A stretch of 64,000 nt of DNA from Oopsacas minuta (lineage: Eukaryota; Animalia; Porifera). The stretch covers positions 124,001-188,000 of the forward strand of contig JAKMXF010000199.1 of NCBI GenBank assembly GCA_024704765.1, read 5' to 3'. Below the pieces are notes generated by a model. The model searched no databases. It was not told the DNA's origin and worked only from the letters and a program-made list of their open reading frames with translations. Shown piece by piece: positions 12,205-23,397 of this stretch. A program made the position numbers and the translations under genes. Position 1 is the stretch's first letter. The number at the start of each line of letters is the position of its first letter.

Positions 12205-13699
12205 CTCTAGATGCTGAACCAGGGGTGGGTAAACATGGCCCGAGACATTCTTATATAAGTAAACTTCTTGGACCCATTGTTGATTTTGAAATGTTACATC
12301 ATACCATCAAATTATCCATACCTCCCAACATTTGTCTATCAAATCCCTGAACATAGACTAAAGGTCCCTGGATATTGTCCATTGTCCTACCGCTGAAGTA
12401 CCCTCAAATTCGCTTTCACATAATGTTAAACTCTTGTAAGTACTATGCATGAACACTTAGAAAGTAACGAGGAAATTGGTTTGTATGTGGGGATTTCGTA
12501 TCCTAAAGTATGAGCTTGCTAACATTTTGTGTCGGCCTCTGCTCGGCCCTTCGTGCCTTGAATTAAGCAAAGAATTAAAAATACCAAAAAAATACATTTC
12601 AATATCCGATAAATTACATATACAAACTTGAAAACCTAAATTCAGACTCAGGATACTTGGTTACCCATAGTTCCTTGTGAGAGTATGTGTCTCATAATAT
12701 TTTGAAATTTCTCCATGCTAAAATATGTATACATGTTATAACAGCTTAGATAATATATATTAAGATCCAGGGCCGGATTAGCCTATACGTCAATTACGCT
12801 GGACGTAGAGCCAGTATACTTGGTGGCCGAAAAAATATGTAATATATATATGTATATACAAGCCGAAACCCGGAGCAAGAGCAGATCCAACCTGACCACT
12901 TCAATATCGTGGCGCCTAATTTCGATTTAAGTAATATACTGTGCATTAATAGACATTTTAATACTCAAATTGTAATTATTCTATTTTCTCTGTCATGCTA
13001 CTAGGAATACATGTATTACTATTGTGGTAGGTAAACATGCTCAATAATTTGCTCATCCTCTGTGATAATTTGGTATTCATTTGTTGCGACTATATTGAGA
13101 TCCGTCACCCAGGAGTAATACATTGTTTAGATTGTATACTATAAATAACGAGCATCGCTTGCTCCCGCAGCGCAGCTTGCATACTATATATTCGCATGTA
13201 ACTACGCACTTCATGCCTCGATTTTTTTAAGAACTATTGTTTAAACAGGATTTGAAATAGCGCAACTCGGAATCAGAGTACCCCGGTAAACCGTTGGAAC
13301 AAAGTTTCCAAACTATTCAGAAATTTGTTGACGTTATATTCATAAAAATAACAAATAAATTTGAAATGATTTATTAATAAGTGGAAAATCTGATTCAGCA
13401 TATATAAACTCAAATTTTAGTCGAATTTTATTGAATTTTTGTTAACTTTCTGGTAGTATCGTTATAGACTTAATCCGCTAGATGTTTATAATGATACAGA
13501 ATTTATCCCACGCTACAGGATAACTAAATGTATCTTCGTTCAGCTGCAAGAGAAACTTGTTACCTTTCTTCATCAATCAACTATTTCCCAAGATATCTTA
13601 AGTAAAATAATTTCAAAATGTAAGAATACTATAAATGTGTAAATATCTTGTATATTAATACTCAATGGTATTTTTTTGTTTTTGTTTTTTGTCCAAGTT

Positions 13700-14140
13700 G
13701 ATTGGGAAACTGGTAAGAGCTACAGACTTGAAATTTGGCATGTGTAAGTAAAATGGTTCAACTTAGAACAAGTTCTGATTTCAAAGCGAAATCTTGACTG
13801 ATTTCTGAGAAAAGGTGTCAAAACCTTCTACCCCATGCATTTTAATGGTCTATAAACCTATCAGATTTGAGTGTTTACACATACTAATTAAATCTCAATT
13901 TACTAATCAACTTCCAATTAAATTTCAATTCAGTTCCAATTAAATACTACCAATTAACGATTGAATTAGGGAAATACATTGAAATTTCTTCAATGGAGTA
14001 GAAAATCAAGCGAGGACGGCAGGGCTGAGTCCAATTTGTGATATCGCAAGTAATACTGTTGAGACGCCCTAAGGGCGGCTTAGGCAGACGTATATTATTC
14101 GCAAGCCGCGCAGCGAGAGCCAGCGAAGCGGCTCGCAAAT
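13700..14140 (-). mobile_element. Possible non-autonomous Helitron/Helentron-like element
   Basis: GC-rich terminal hairpin gcgagagccagcgaagcggctcgc and a gacttgaaatttggcatg motif typical of such invertebrate elements. Boundaries unclear. Confidence 0.3.
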
Positions 14141-14199
14141 GTGTAAGTCTGCGTAATTAAGTGAAAGATAATTAAGGTTTATTAAGTTCTAAAAAGGAA

Positions 14200-16715
14200 T
14201 CTTTATTCTAAATTTTGATTTCCTTGTCTTGCAAGTGGACCATAAGTCAGCCAGGTTATCTAAGTCGAGGTTGTCCAAAATGTCTTTTGCAGAGGATATA
14301 ATCATTAGATTGTCAAGACGATTTTCTTTCATCTTTGATCTAAGATAGTTTTTTACCAGCCTTAATGTGTTGAAGGAACGCTCATTACTTGCAACAGATA
14401 CTGGGAATGCTAGGATATCTTCATCAATTTCTTGGACTTCAAGAACAACAATCTTTATTTATACATGATGTTCTTCAAGAATGATGGGCTTAAATACAAC
14501 TCAGATGACTCGATCCTATCCAACAAATTCACTGAAGTCCTTCGAGCATCACGATGACTGTGCTAAAATTATTTTTGTCATCGAGGATGTCAATTAAGAT
14601 TTCGTAGCTGATCCACACAGCTCTAATAGGCTCTGCTCTGCCAACCCAACGCGTTTAGGAAGGTTCTTCATTATAAGCCCTCCTTGCAAAGATTCAATAT
14701 TCTTTTTCATTTTACCAAAACGACTTGTACTCCTCGTCAGAAAGTTATATATATCTCGCAATGAACAAAGAACTCGTTAATCATCAACGATACTTTACAC
14801 GAATGCTCGACCCAGAGATTTGTTTTATGGCCCATGCACGTTATGTAGGGAATTGTCCGCCCTAGATGCTCACTTAACTTAGCCTGTGCTCCGTTGTATG
14901 CGCCAGCCATAGAAGCAGTTGTGTCATAGCACTGGAATCGTACACTTGTGAGAGGAAGCTGTAATTCTTCCAACATCTTAATCACTTTTTGAGCAAAACC
15001 ATCTTCAGTTTTGTCGTTTGTCTCTGATGTCATAAGAAGTCGCTCTTCAATTTGATACTGCACATTAACGAAACGAAGTATTAGAGAAATTTGATCCATG
15101 TGACCAATAACAGGCGTGTATCGGCCATTAATGCGTAGACGCCAGATGAACGTACTTGTTCAGTTAAAACTTTGCGAGTTTCACTACCTAAGATGTTAAT
15201 AAACTCATTCTGGATTTGGCACTTAAGTAGGTAACATTGTATGGACCTGAATGGGGAGTAACAATCCAATTTTTCATAAATGGAATCTAACGTGAGACGA
15301 AGTTGACTAGTTGTCTGAAATTTCCATTGATTCATTATCACTACCACGAAACGCTAGAGTGTGTCTTGATAAATACCGGCAACAGTCTAAAAGCACGTTC
15401 ATAATTTTCTGTTTTGTAGAGGTTCTTGTTCCTCTTGTGAAAACTTTTTCTTTCTAGCACTACTTATCACTACATCTACATGAGTGCTTTCCAGCTTAGA
15501 ACTTCGCAATCTTTCGGCTGCTAAACGATGAGAAGAGCTGCTAAAGTGCTCAAATAGTTTTTCTTTTTTGCCTTTACCACGGCTTTTCATCTTATCCCAA
15601 CGATTGACTCCATCATGTGACCAGCTTGTTTCTGCAAATGATGCTCGTGAGTTGTTACCAAACAAACTGCAGGCGATACAGAATGCTCCATCCATTGAGG
15701 GACTGTATTCTAAATAAGGTAACGTCTCGTATCATTTCGAGCTGAATGAATTCTGCTTGGATTTGGAAATCGCTTTATACACGGGTAGCCCTCAAAAAGT
15801 GGTTGATAAGATTCTTTGCATATCAGGAAATGTTTCTGTTGCTCATTCAGTTGGATCCTTTATGTTCAGCTGGATCATTGCTGATAACTCAAGATTCAGT
15901 TTCAGCAGTTATCGAGTGCGTAAGATTCACTTTCTCTGCTTGAATACCGATAGCTTTTTCAGTTGAACTGAGGAGAAAATGAGACTTGTCTTTCAATTCT
16001 GAGGCAAAATCTTCAACTGACGACATAAATGTAACCTCACAGTACCCTTCACCTTCAAATGATTATACATTTCTTTTCCCTTTTCTAATAACTCAATGAT
16101 CTCTTCTACCATGCCAGCTATTTCAGAGTCTACTTTGGTAGCCGACGAATTCAGTGGTTGTTCAATCTATATTAATATTAAAAATATAAACTTCCGCTAC
16201 TACCAAAATCATGGATAACTCATGAATGAGATAATTAATAACGACTTACCATTGGACAGCTTACACTCTCCGTCTCAATACAACTTCCATCATCACTCTA
16301 GCTTCCACAGTCTAAAGAACTACTAGTTTCATCGTAGCCTAGAGAAGTTTCCATGACTATTGTGTTTTCGATATCGCTAATGTCAATCATTCTTCGTTTC
16401 TATCTGTCATCTGAACACATTAGTGATGTAGAGTCTTCATCACAAAGTGATGTCGTTTGAAGACGTTCAGTACTTAATTCGGTCTTGGAAAAACTTTGAA
16501 GACTTGCCAGTCGCTACTTCGGAAGTATTCTTTGGGGCACCGAGTACGGAATAAGGAATTACCTTGCGTTTATTAGGGAAATGTTTGTGAAACTTCAAGT
16601 TGTGCTTAATCTTGGAATCGAATTCCATTTCAACGTTGCATAGTAGGCATCGAATCTTGAATCGGTTTGTCTGCTCTTTTGGAGGCATATTGACAGAGAC
16701 TATCAGTCTAATCAA
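14200..16715 (-). pseudogene. Decayed hAT transposase of ZMYM1-like/DUF4371 type
   Basis: DGAFCIACSLF..GVNRW (TTF-type finger region), QIQNEFI..VYALMADT, DQISLILRFV..QCYDTTASMAG..YITCMGHKTNL, and C-terminal FPVSVASNERSFNTLRLVKNYLRS (hAT dimerization). Multiple frameshifts. Confidence 0.82.
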
Positions 16716-17195
16716 AGCTTTAGTGAATTATTTAAAAACTAGATATTAATCGATCAGTTTACCAACCAGATAAGCGAAAAGTGGGGGGTGTTACACCCCC
16801 CACAGGAACTCCCCAGAGTACCTCAATTTATTTATAGTTCTGAAATATGTGAAATCTAAAATTACTCTTTACACTTTAGAGATTTCGATTTAATGCCAAC
16901 GGCCAAGTATTAATTAAAATTATCGTTTTCGTGATATCATTAAAAACAGACTGGCATAACCTGGTTTAATGCCAATGTGAGTTTAATATTGGTGTATTGC
17001 CCAGTAGTTCAGAAGTCTATGCACTGTTCTTACTATCACTTGAACGCTCTGAGGGTCTTGCCCTATTGTCACACATCGTCCCTTCCTTAGCAATTCCACT
17101 CAGAAGTTGTTTAAACTGAGTTTATTTATCGATAAGCCAATGTCATGAATATCATTTTGCTTTGAGTGATCCTTGATTTTCCTTCCCTTTTGTAG

Positions 17196-18157
17196 CAATT
17201 TATGAAGATTTGCGATGAATTTCTCCCTCATAAAAATTTTGAAGAGGTCATTAGATTTTACTATTTTTGGAAAAAGTCACCGAGTGGTTTAGCAAATCGT
17301 AATATGCGCAAGAGTCGAAAGCCAATGCACTTAAACAAAAGTCATTTGGAACATATTTTACCCTATCCTTGTTTAAGTGATTTATTTGTTGATGTGATAT
17401 CCTCTGATGAATCTGATTCAATTAATCTTCCTAAAGACATTGAAAAATACGATGAAACTTCAACAAAAAAATCCGAGTTTTGTATCTGTCAACATTGCTA
17501 TTGTTCAAGAAGTCAATCATGGCATCATGGAGGGAGTGACAATACTCTCCTTTGCGATACTTGCCGATTTTATTTTTGCAAATATGGTTTAATGCGAACA
17601 ATTATTGATAAAGGCGATCCTCCGCTCTATATTCTTAAAGATGCTTCTACTTTAGAACTAATAAAACAAATAAATGCTGGTAAATATGCTCTTCAGACTA
17701 AATTTGTTGAAGAGCAAGGAGATTCATCCGAAATTTCAGAATCTTCTGACTACGAGTCCATCCTTTCTGATGTTGAAAGGTTTGATACTGATATCCTTAA
17801 AGCAGAATATCTGACACATAATCAGAGGTTGTGTTCACAAAATCTATTTGATTCTTCTATTATTACTGAGATTAAAGATATATCTGTTTCCTCTGACTCT
17901 AATACATATAAACAGAATAAATTGAAGCAAAGTTTATGTATTGACCATGAACCAGACAGAATTAACGATTATCAGACCCAAACTCAAGATCTCTGTCCAC
18001 TTGATAATCTGAAAATTTCTTCTGAATTAGAACAGAGAAGTTCGCAAGATTGTGTTAATCAGATTGATATTTCACATGTACATGAAAAGATGTCAACCAA
18101 TACCTCTATCCTGAAATCCCTTTTGCAGAGTAAGGATGAGAAGACTCTCAAACTCAG
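17196..18157 (+). CDS. RERE: RERE-like internal exon (SANT C-terminal half, GATA-type zinc finger)
   Basis: QFMKICDEFLPHK..EVIRFYYFWKKSP and CQHCYCSRSQSWHHGGSDNTLLCDTCRFYFCKYG...DPPLY match RERE ([43 protein letters not shown]...DPPPF). Strong polypyrimidine acceptor ending 17195; phase-2 donor CAG|GTATCT at 18158. Confidence 0.92.
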
Positions 18158-18500
18158 GTATCTATATGTTTTGCAACAATTTTGTTCCTTAGTATGAAAT
18201 TGTAGCGAATTTCGCTACTAGGTCATTTGCAAAAGCAACAGTATAGCTGATCAATTGCTATACTGTTGTCTTTCTGCACTTTCGAGCCTCAGCACTTGTG
18301 CTTATTACATACAATAGTTAGGCGTTTAATACAAAACTATTATTAACTAATTTCAAAATATTCGTAATTAATTTAGAATCCGAGGTCGGAATCGCAGTAG
18401 ATGTGTAATTTCACAAATATAAATAGATTCTTTTTGTAGTTCAGGTAATTGAGGCTCTGCTGTGCCAGTAGTATCTACTGATCGTATAGTTAGGGGTTTA

Positions 18501-19040
18501 GCCAGCTTGAAATAACTAGTGACCTATCAGAGCACAGGGATATTAGTATTTAGATCCTCAGCCAGATTGAATAAAGCTTGTCACCTGTTAGTGCACGGAG
18601 ATATTTGATTGAAGAGTGTCAGTTTGGTTAAATACAACTTGTCAAGTGTTAGAACAGAGCGGTTAGTTTGGAGAGGGTCAATAAGATTGGATTAAACTAG
18701 TCAGCTATCTAAACAAACACTATGAGGTTGTAGTGCTACAAGTAGATTGAATAAACAGTTGTCACATGTCATATAATCAGGGAACTTAGCTCGGAGAGTC
18801 CAAGTAAGATTGAATAAAACCTGTCACCTCAAAGGAGAAAAGGACATTATTTTGGAAACCGTGAGCCAAATTTAATTAAACTTGTTACCTGTCTGAAACA
18901 ACGGGCATTGGTTGAGATTGTGTTAGTTAGTACTAATATTACTTGTCACTTGTTAGAGCCTCGGGATATTAGTCTCGAAAAAATGGCATGATTGAATAAT
19001 ACCTGTTTCGCGTCAGTGCCAATGGGTATTCGTGCGTAGA
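18501..19040. repeat. Diverged tandem array, nine units of ~61 bp
   Basis: The TGTCAC-like core lies at 18518, 18579, 18640, 18699, 18760, 18822, 18883, 18944 and 19004 (spacing 59-62). Approximate core consensus AGATTGAATAAAACTTGTCACCTGTTAG. Confidence 0.8.
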
Positions 19041-19253
19041 ATGTTTCCCACTGTAACTTATATTTTGTACAATCCATGCATTGAATATTGAGCCAGGAAT
19101 AACTAATTCAGAGTTTTCCATGTCCACTAACATCGAAATTTCAATTTATGATATTTCTTCTTTCTCTGTTTCGAAATGTTATAGTTAAAACGTAAGATAA
19201 TCCCTCCTTTAAAGGCCTAATAATTATCAGTCAGGAGACTTTATATGATAGTA

Positions 19254-20587
19254 CTACGGGAGTTCAATAAGTAGTCGTTATTCCAAATTTTGTAAGTCAG
19301 GATATTTCAACCCAGATTAAACTGAATTTTCTAATAACAATTCATCCATTGTGAATTCAATAATGCACAGCGTTTTTGATTCTGATGTCTCGTTCTAATA
19401 TTGTACTTATTTACATTTTGACAGTTTATTATAGTAACATTTTAATGGCTTCAAAAAGTACAGAGTTCAAAATTGAGCAGAGAGTATATGTGAAGATCAG
19501 AACACTGCTCAAAGTTTCACCAACAGATGTCCACAAAGATTTAGAGGAAGTTTATAAGGATACAGCACTTCCATATTCCACTGTTGTTGATTGGGCTAGA
19601 CGCTTTCGTGAAGGTAGAGTGTCCATTGAAGATGGGGCAAGAATAGGGAGGCCAGTTTCCAGCGCCAGTGGCAAAATACTCTTGAGGTATCCGCGTTACT
19701 TGAACAAGACCCTCATATCACGCTTGTGGAGATAGCTGATGCGGTTGGGATCCCAACGGAAACTGCTCAAGCTATTGTACATGATAATATGAAATTCCGA
19801 AAGATATGTGCTCGATGGGTGCCGCATTTACTAACTCAGGTCCAGAAGCAAAGAGGATCAATGCGCTACTAAATTGCTCTCTGAGTTTGATCGAGCTGAC
19901 TCCAGAAGGTTATTTGAGATAGTAACAGGTGACGAAACTTGGGTACGTTATTCTGAGCCTTTTTCAAAAGAAGCAAACAAAGTATGGGTGGCAAAAGGAC
20001 AGGACCCACCAATGATCCCTCGACATGACTTTCGGGACCCGAAAGTTATGTACTGTATATTTTTTTATTCTAATGGTCCAGTGTGCCAGATTTGTGTCCC
20101 CAAATACCAAACAATAACAGGCTCCTTCTACACCAATGAGTGTCTAACAGAGGTTGAAAAATTGTACCAAAATCGACGGCCAAGGACTGGAACTCGTGGA
20201 TTGCGAATGTTGCATGATAACGCCCGACCGCACAAGACAAGCTGGTTAGAGAAAAGTTAGAAGCTCTGAAGATTGTGGTGCTAGATCACCCTCCCTCCTC
20301 GCCAGATCTAGCTCCCTGTGACTTTTGGTTGTTTCCAAAGCTAAAGAAACATCTATCAGGCAGGAAATTCGAGAGTCGAGCTCAGATAGGATCGGCGATT
20401 TTCCAGTATATGAAAGGTGTACCAACCAATGACTACAAAAAAGTATTTTTCGATTAGATAAAAAGGCTGAAATTGGTTTTACAGCACGAAGGGGAATACT
20501 TTGAGAAACTCCATCACTGAATACACAATTATGCTAGAAAAATTTAGAATTACAATGTGATAACGACTACTTATTGAACGCCCGTAG
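19254..20587 (+). mobile_element. mariner (DD34D) transposon, full length, frameshifted
   Basis: ~28-bp TIRs (ctacgggagttcaataagtagtcgttat, 1 mismatch) flanked by TA; an alternative boundary is 19257-20584. Motifs WVPHLL, IVTGDETWV, LHDNARPH, SPDLAPCDFWLF. Confidence 0.93.
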
Positions 20588-21149
20588 TATTATTTCAATT
20601 TATTTCCACAGTGTTTGTTTGGAGAATATATTCCTTGAACTTCAATTATTTGAATGCACACCATATAATATTATCTAATGAGTTAATTTGAATTAATGCA
20701 ATTTCAATCAAATACCAGCAAGTTCTACGAAACGTTTGCAAGAAGAGAGATGTATATTTTGTGTGTGTATCTCTGAGATGCATACCGGACCGATTGGTTT
20801 CAGGTCGGTCCGGTCCGTTCTATGAAATTGCCGAACCGCTGCACCGCTGGTGTGTGTGTTTTCACTTTTGAGTGATGTAATTTTTGAATTTGTTTAGAGG
20901 TTGTTCGTCCCCTCCTGGTAACAAATTATTACATATTATGGCTTATTTTTGTATGGTTTATTCTACGGATCGGAAAATTGATGCAGTAACTAGTCTAGTA
21001 GGCAAGGCGAAATAATCATGTGCTGGAAATATTTCGCTGATTTTCCCACCAACAAACATGATAGAAACATATATAACAATTATTATCACAATATTAGCTC
21101 TTTCAAAAGAAGTGAGACTAAATAGGAAAATACACTAGAAGATGTATAA

Positions 21150-22930
21150 CTATTCAATATTGCTTAGAAGTACTTATATATAACCTATGTCAGATGGCTA
21201 CAGAACTTTCTATCGCATAAGTATTGAATACTTCTTTCCCCTTTTCGATATCAATTGGAGTGAAGGTTGTTGAAGCAGTAGGTGCTGAAGAGTTTGATCG
21301 GTTTCTCCACCGACACCATCATTTATATCCGTTAGGAAAGCCCGAATGATCCTCGGCCGCATGACTAACTAGTATATACAGACCAGGGCACATCTTGGTT
21401 GCTGTTGAACCATGATGTTGGTTGATAACAGTAGAATAATTGGCGGCATTATCGTTAGTCTTCTATTCAGATAGTGTGTGCTGTACAAAAGTATGATACC
21501 TTGTACTTGATTTTCTTCAGGTGCTTGACTAGATCGGTTTTAACTCTTCTTTTCATATCTTCATTATAGGATATGGATCAAACTCTGTCTGGTGCTGAAA
21601 GCTCTTTGAATCTCCGTACCCAACTGACACCGAGTAAACTGACGATTCTTTTATAAAGAGGGTCTCAAATCTTCTTGGTTGCTTCTGGCTCCATACTCTG
21701 ATCTGATGTAGTTTCTATTCCAGTTAGACTAATGACCCTCTAGCCACTTATCATACTCGGCCGGTCTATCTTTCCGTTTCTCCTCTTTCTAGGTAGAGTA
21801 CTTCTCATAGAGACATCTAGTGATATCCTAGTCCAGTACCTTTTTATTGTCAGTAGAGATAACAACACCTAAACCTATATTTGAATAAAGTCATCTGGTC
21901 TTCCAGGAGCTATCGAAGCTGATAGTAACGTTGATAGCATTAGGTTCAGGGAATGGTTCACATTCTACTCGTTGGTGTATCCGTTTGGCCACATCAGTCA
22001 TAGCGGTAGTTACTGAAGCCGTAGTAACAGCTTCCAAACAGTTTAGGTATGGAGATGGTATGTTTTAAAGTGGTGGAGGTATATCAAATATCGTAGAGAT
22101 GTGTAAATTACGCCAAGACATACCGGTTGAGTATGCAGCCATTACAGATCTTATAGTAACCTCATTTATCTCGCCGGGTGTAGATGTACATTGATACAGG
22201 CATGGTGGCTAGGTATATCGAGAGCGTATGGAGGGGAAGGGAGCATGTTCTTTATGGCATCTACTACGTTTGACTCTGAAGAAAGTTTGCCAGATATGGG
22301 TCTACTTTTCTTCGAATAGTACAACATTGCCATTACATTCGCTGCATCTGAAAGTAGAGGATAGTTATGCCAGAATTCCACCATCAAGGAGTCTCATGCC
22401 AGTTGGTTGGTGCGTAATTCTCTCGATTCCTCCTTGAGGAGGACAGTGATAGTACAGGTCTAGAAAAGTCTTTGGTGGAATGCGAAATATTTAATGTATC
22501 TGCTGTGTGGAAGGACCCTTGTGAACTTCTAACTCCTTCGTTTATGGACTTTTTACAAAGCCCTTCTACTTGATCAAAAACATCGGTAGAACTGGCTTTG
22601 ACACCTGAATGCCTGCACCCGAAGAAGCAGTTTCGACTTCGAGGGCGACCGCGACCTACGTGCTTAGTGGTTAGTGAAGATTGGAGTCCTTGAGGTTGTG
22701 ATGCCACAGATGCAGATGACAAATCGAGAATAGGACCATCCTGATATCCCCGGAGTAGCTGGACTAATTGGTGGCTGTGAAAGTGTAGGTTCAGAAAACT
22801 GAGAGGTGGTAAGATAGTATGGCTGTGTATCAGAAGTTAAAAGTAGTCCGCGTCTAAATCTGTAGAACTTGATGTGGATAAATTATCACCATGCTCTCTT
22901 AGAATATGTACATCGAAACTTGTTTCACTT
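21150..22930 (-). pseudogene. Decayed Mutator-like transposase (DGSWxxRG...GDGDSK family)
   Basis: Minus strand: INEVTIRSVMAAYSTGMSW..IFDIPPP, VTISFDSSWKTR*..IGLGVVIST..KVLD, EYDKWLEGH, VGYGDSKSF, HSGFPNG..WCRW. Many stops. Confidence 0.7.
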
Positions 22931-23397
22931 GATAACATTGGAATATGGGATATCAGTCTATTGAGCAAATATTGATCCAAATGTAAATCAAACAAACAAA
23001 AAGCATAGTACATGAAACAATAGAACGATTTTCATCCACAGAATTAGATATGGAATCCCGAAACAGTAAATACGAACCACCCACACATATATAGGTAATG
23101 CCATTGGCACGTCTCCCCTAAAAAAATGTTCGAAAAAGCAGGACATGCTTTATATATCGGAACTGTTGACAAGTATGAGTCAGTACCATAGGAACATGGC
23201 TCAGTATGGTAGGCTCATGTGTTCAATGCTCAGTAAGATAATTGATATCTCAATATAATACTACTAATCTCCACAGGATGTAAAATGTTATAACATAGAT
23301 AAATATATTAAAATGAGTACGCTTAACACAATATAAATTATGAATATAGGATTTCACTACTTACCCTGGGACTGGGCAATGGGGAATGAGACATACT

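Noticed and set aside
9246-18157. MTA1/2/3 instead of RERE
   Set aside because: The domain order is shared, but the WHHGG...LLC..CR..F.KYG...DPP finger and the MYLRA.RS..MxAG.C ELM2 wording match RERE.
18501-19040. CRISPR array (61-bp period, core plus variable part)
   Set aside because: The cores are far too degenerate, the 'spacers' resemble one another, there are no cas genes, and the context is a eukaryotic intron.
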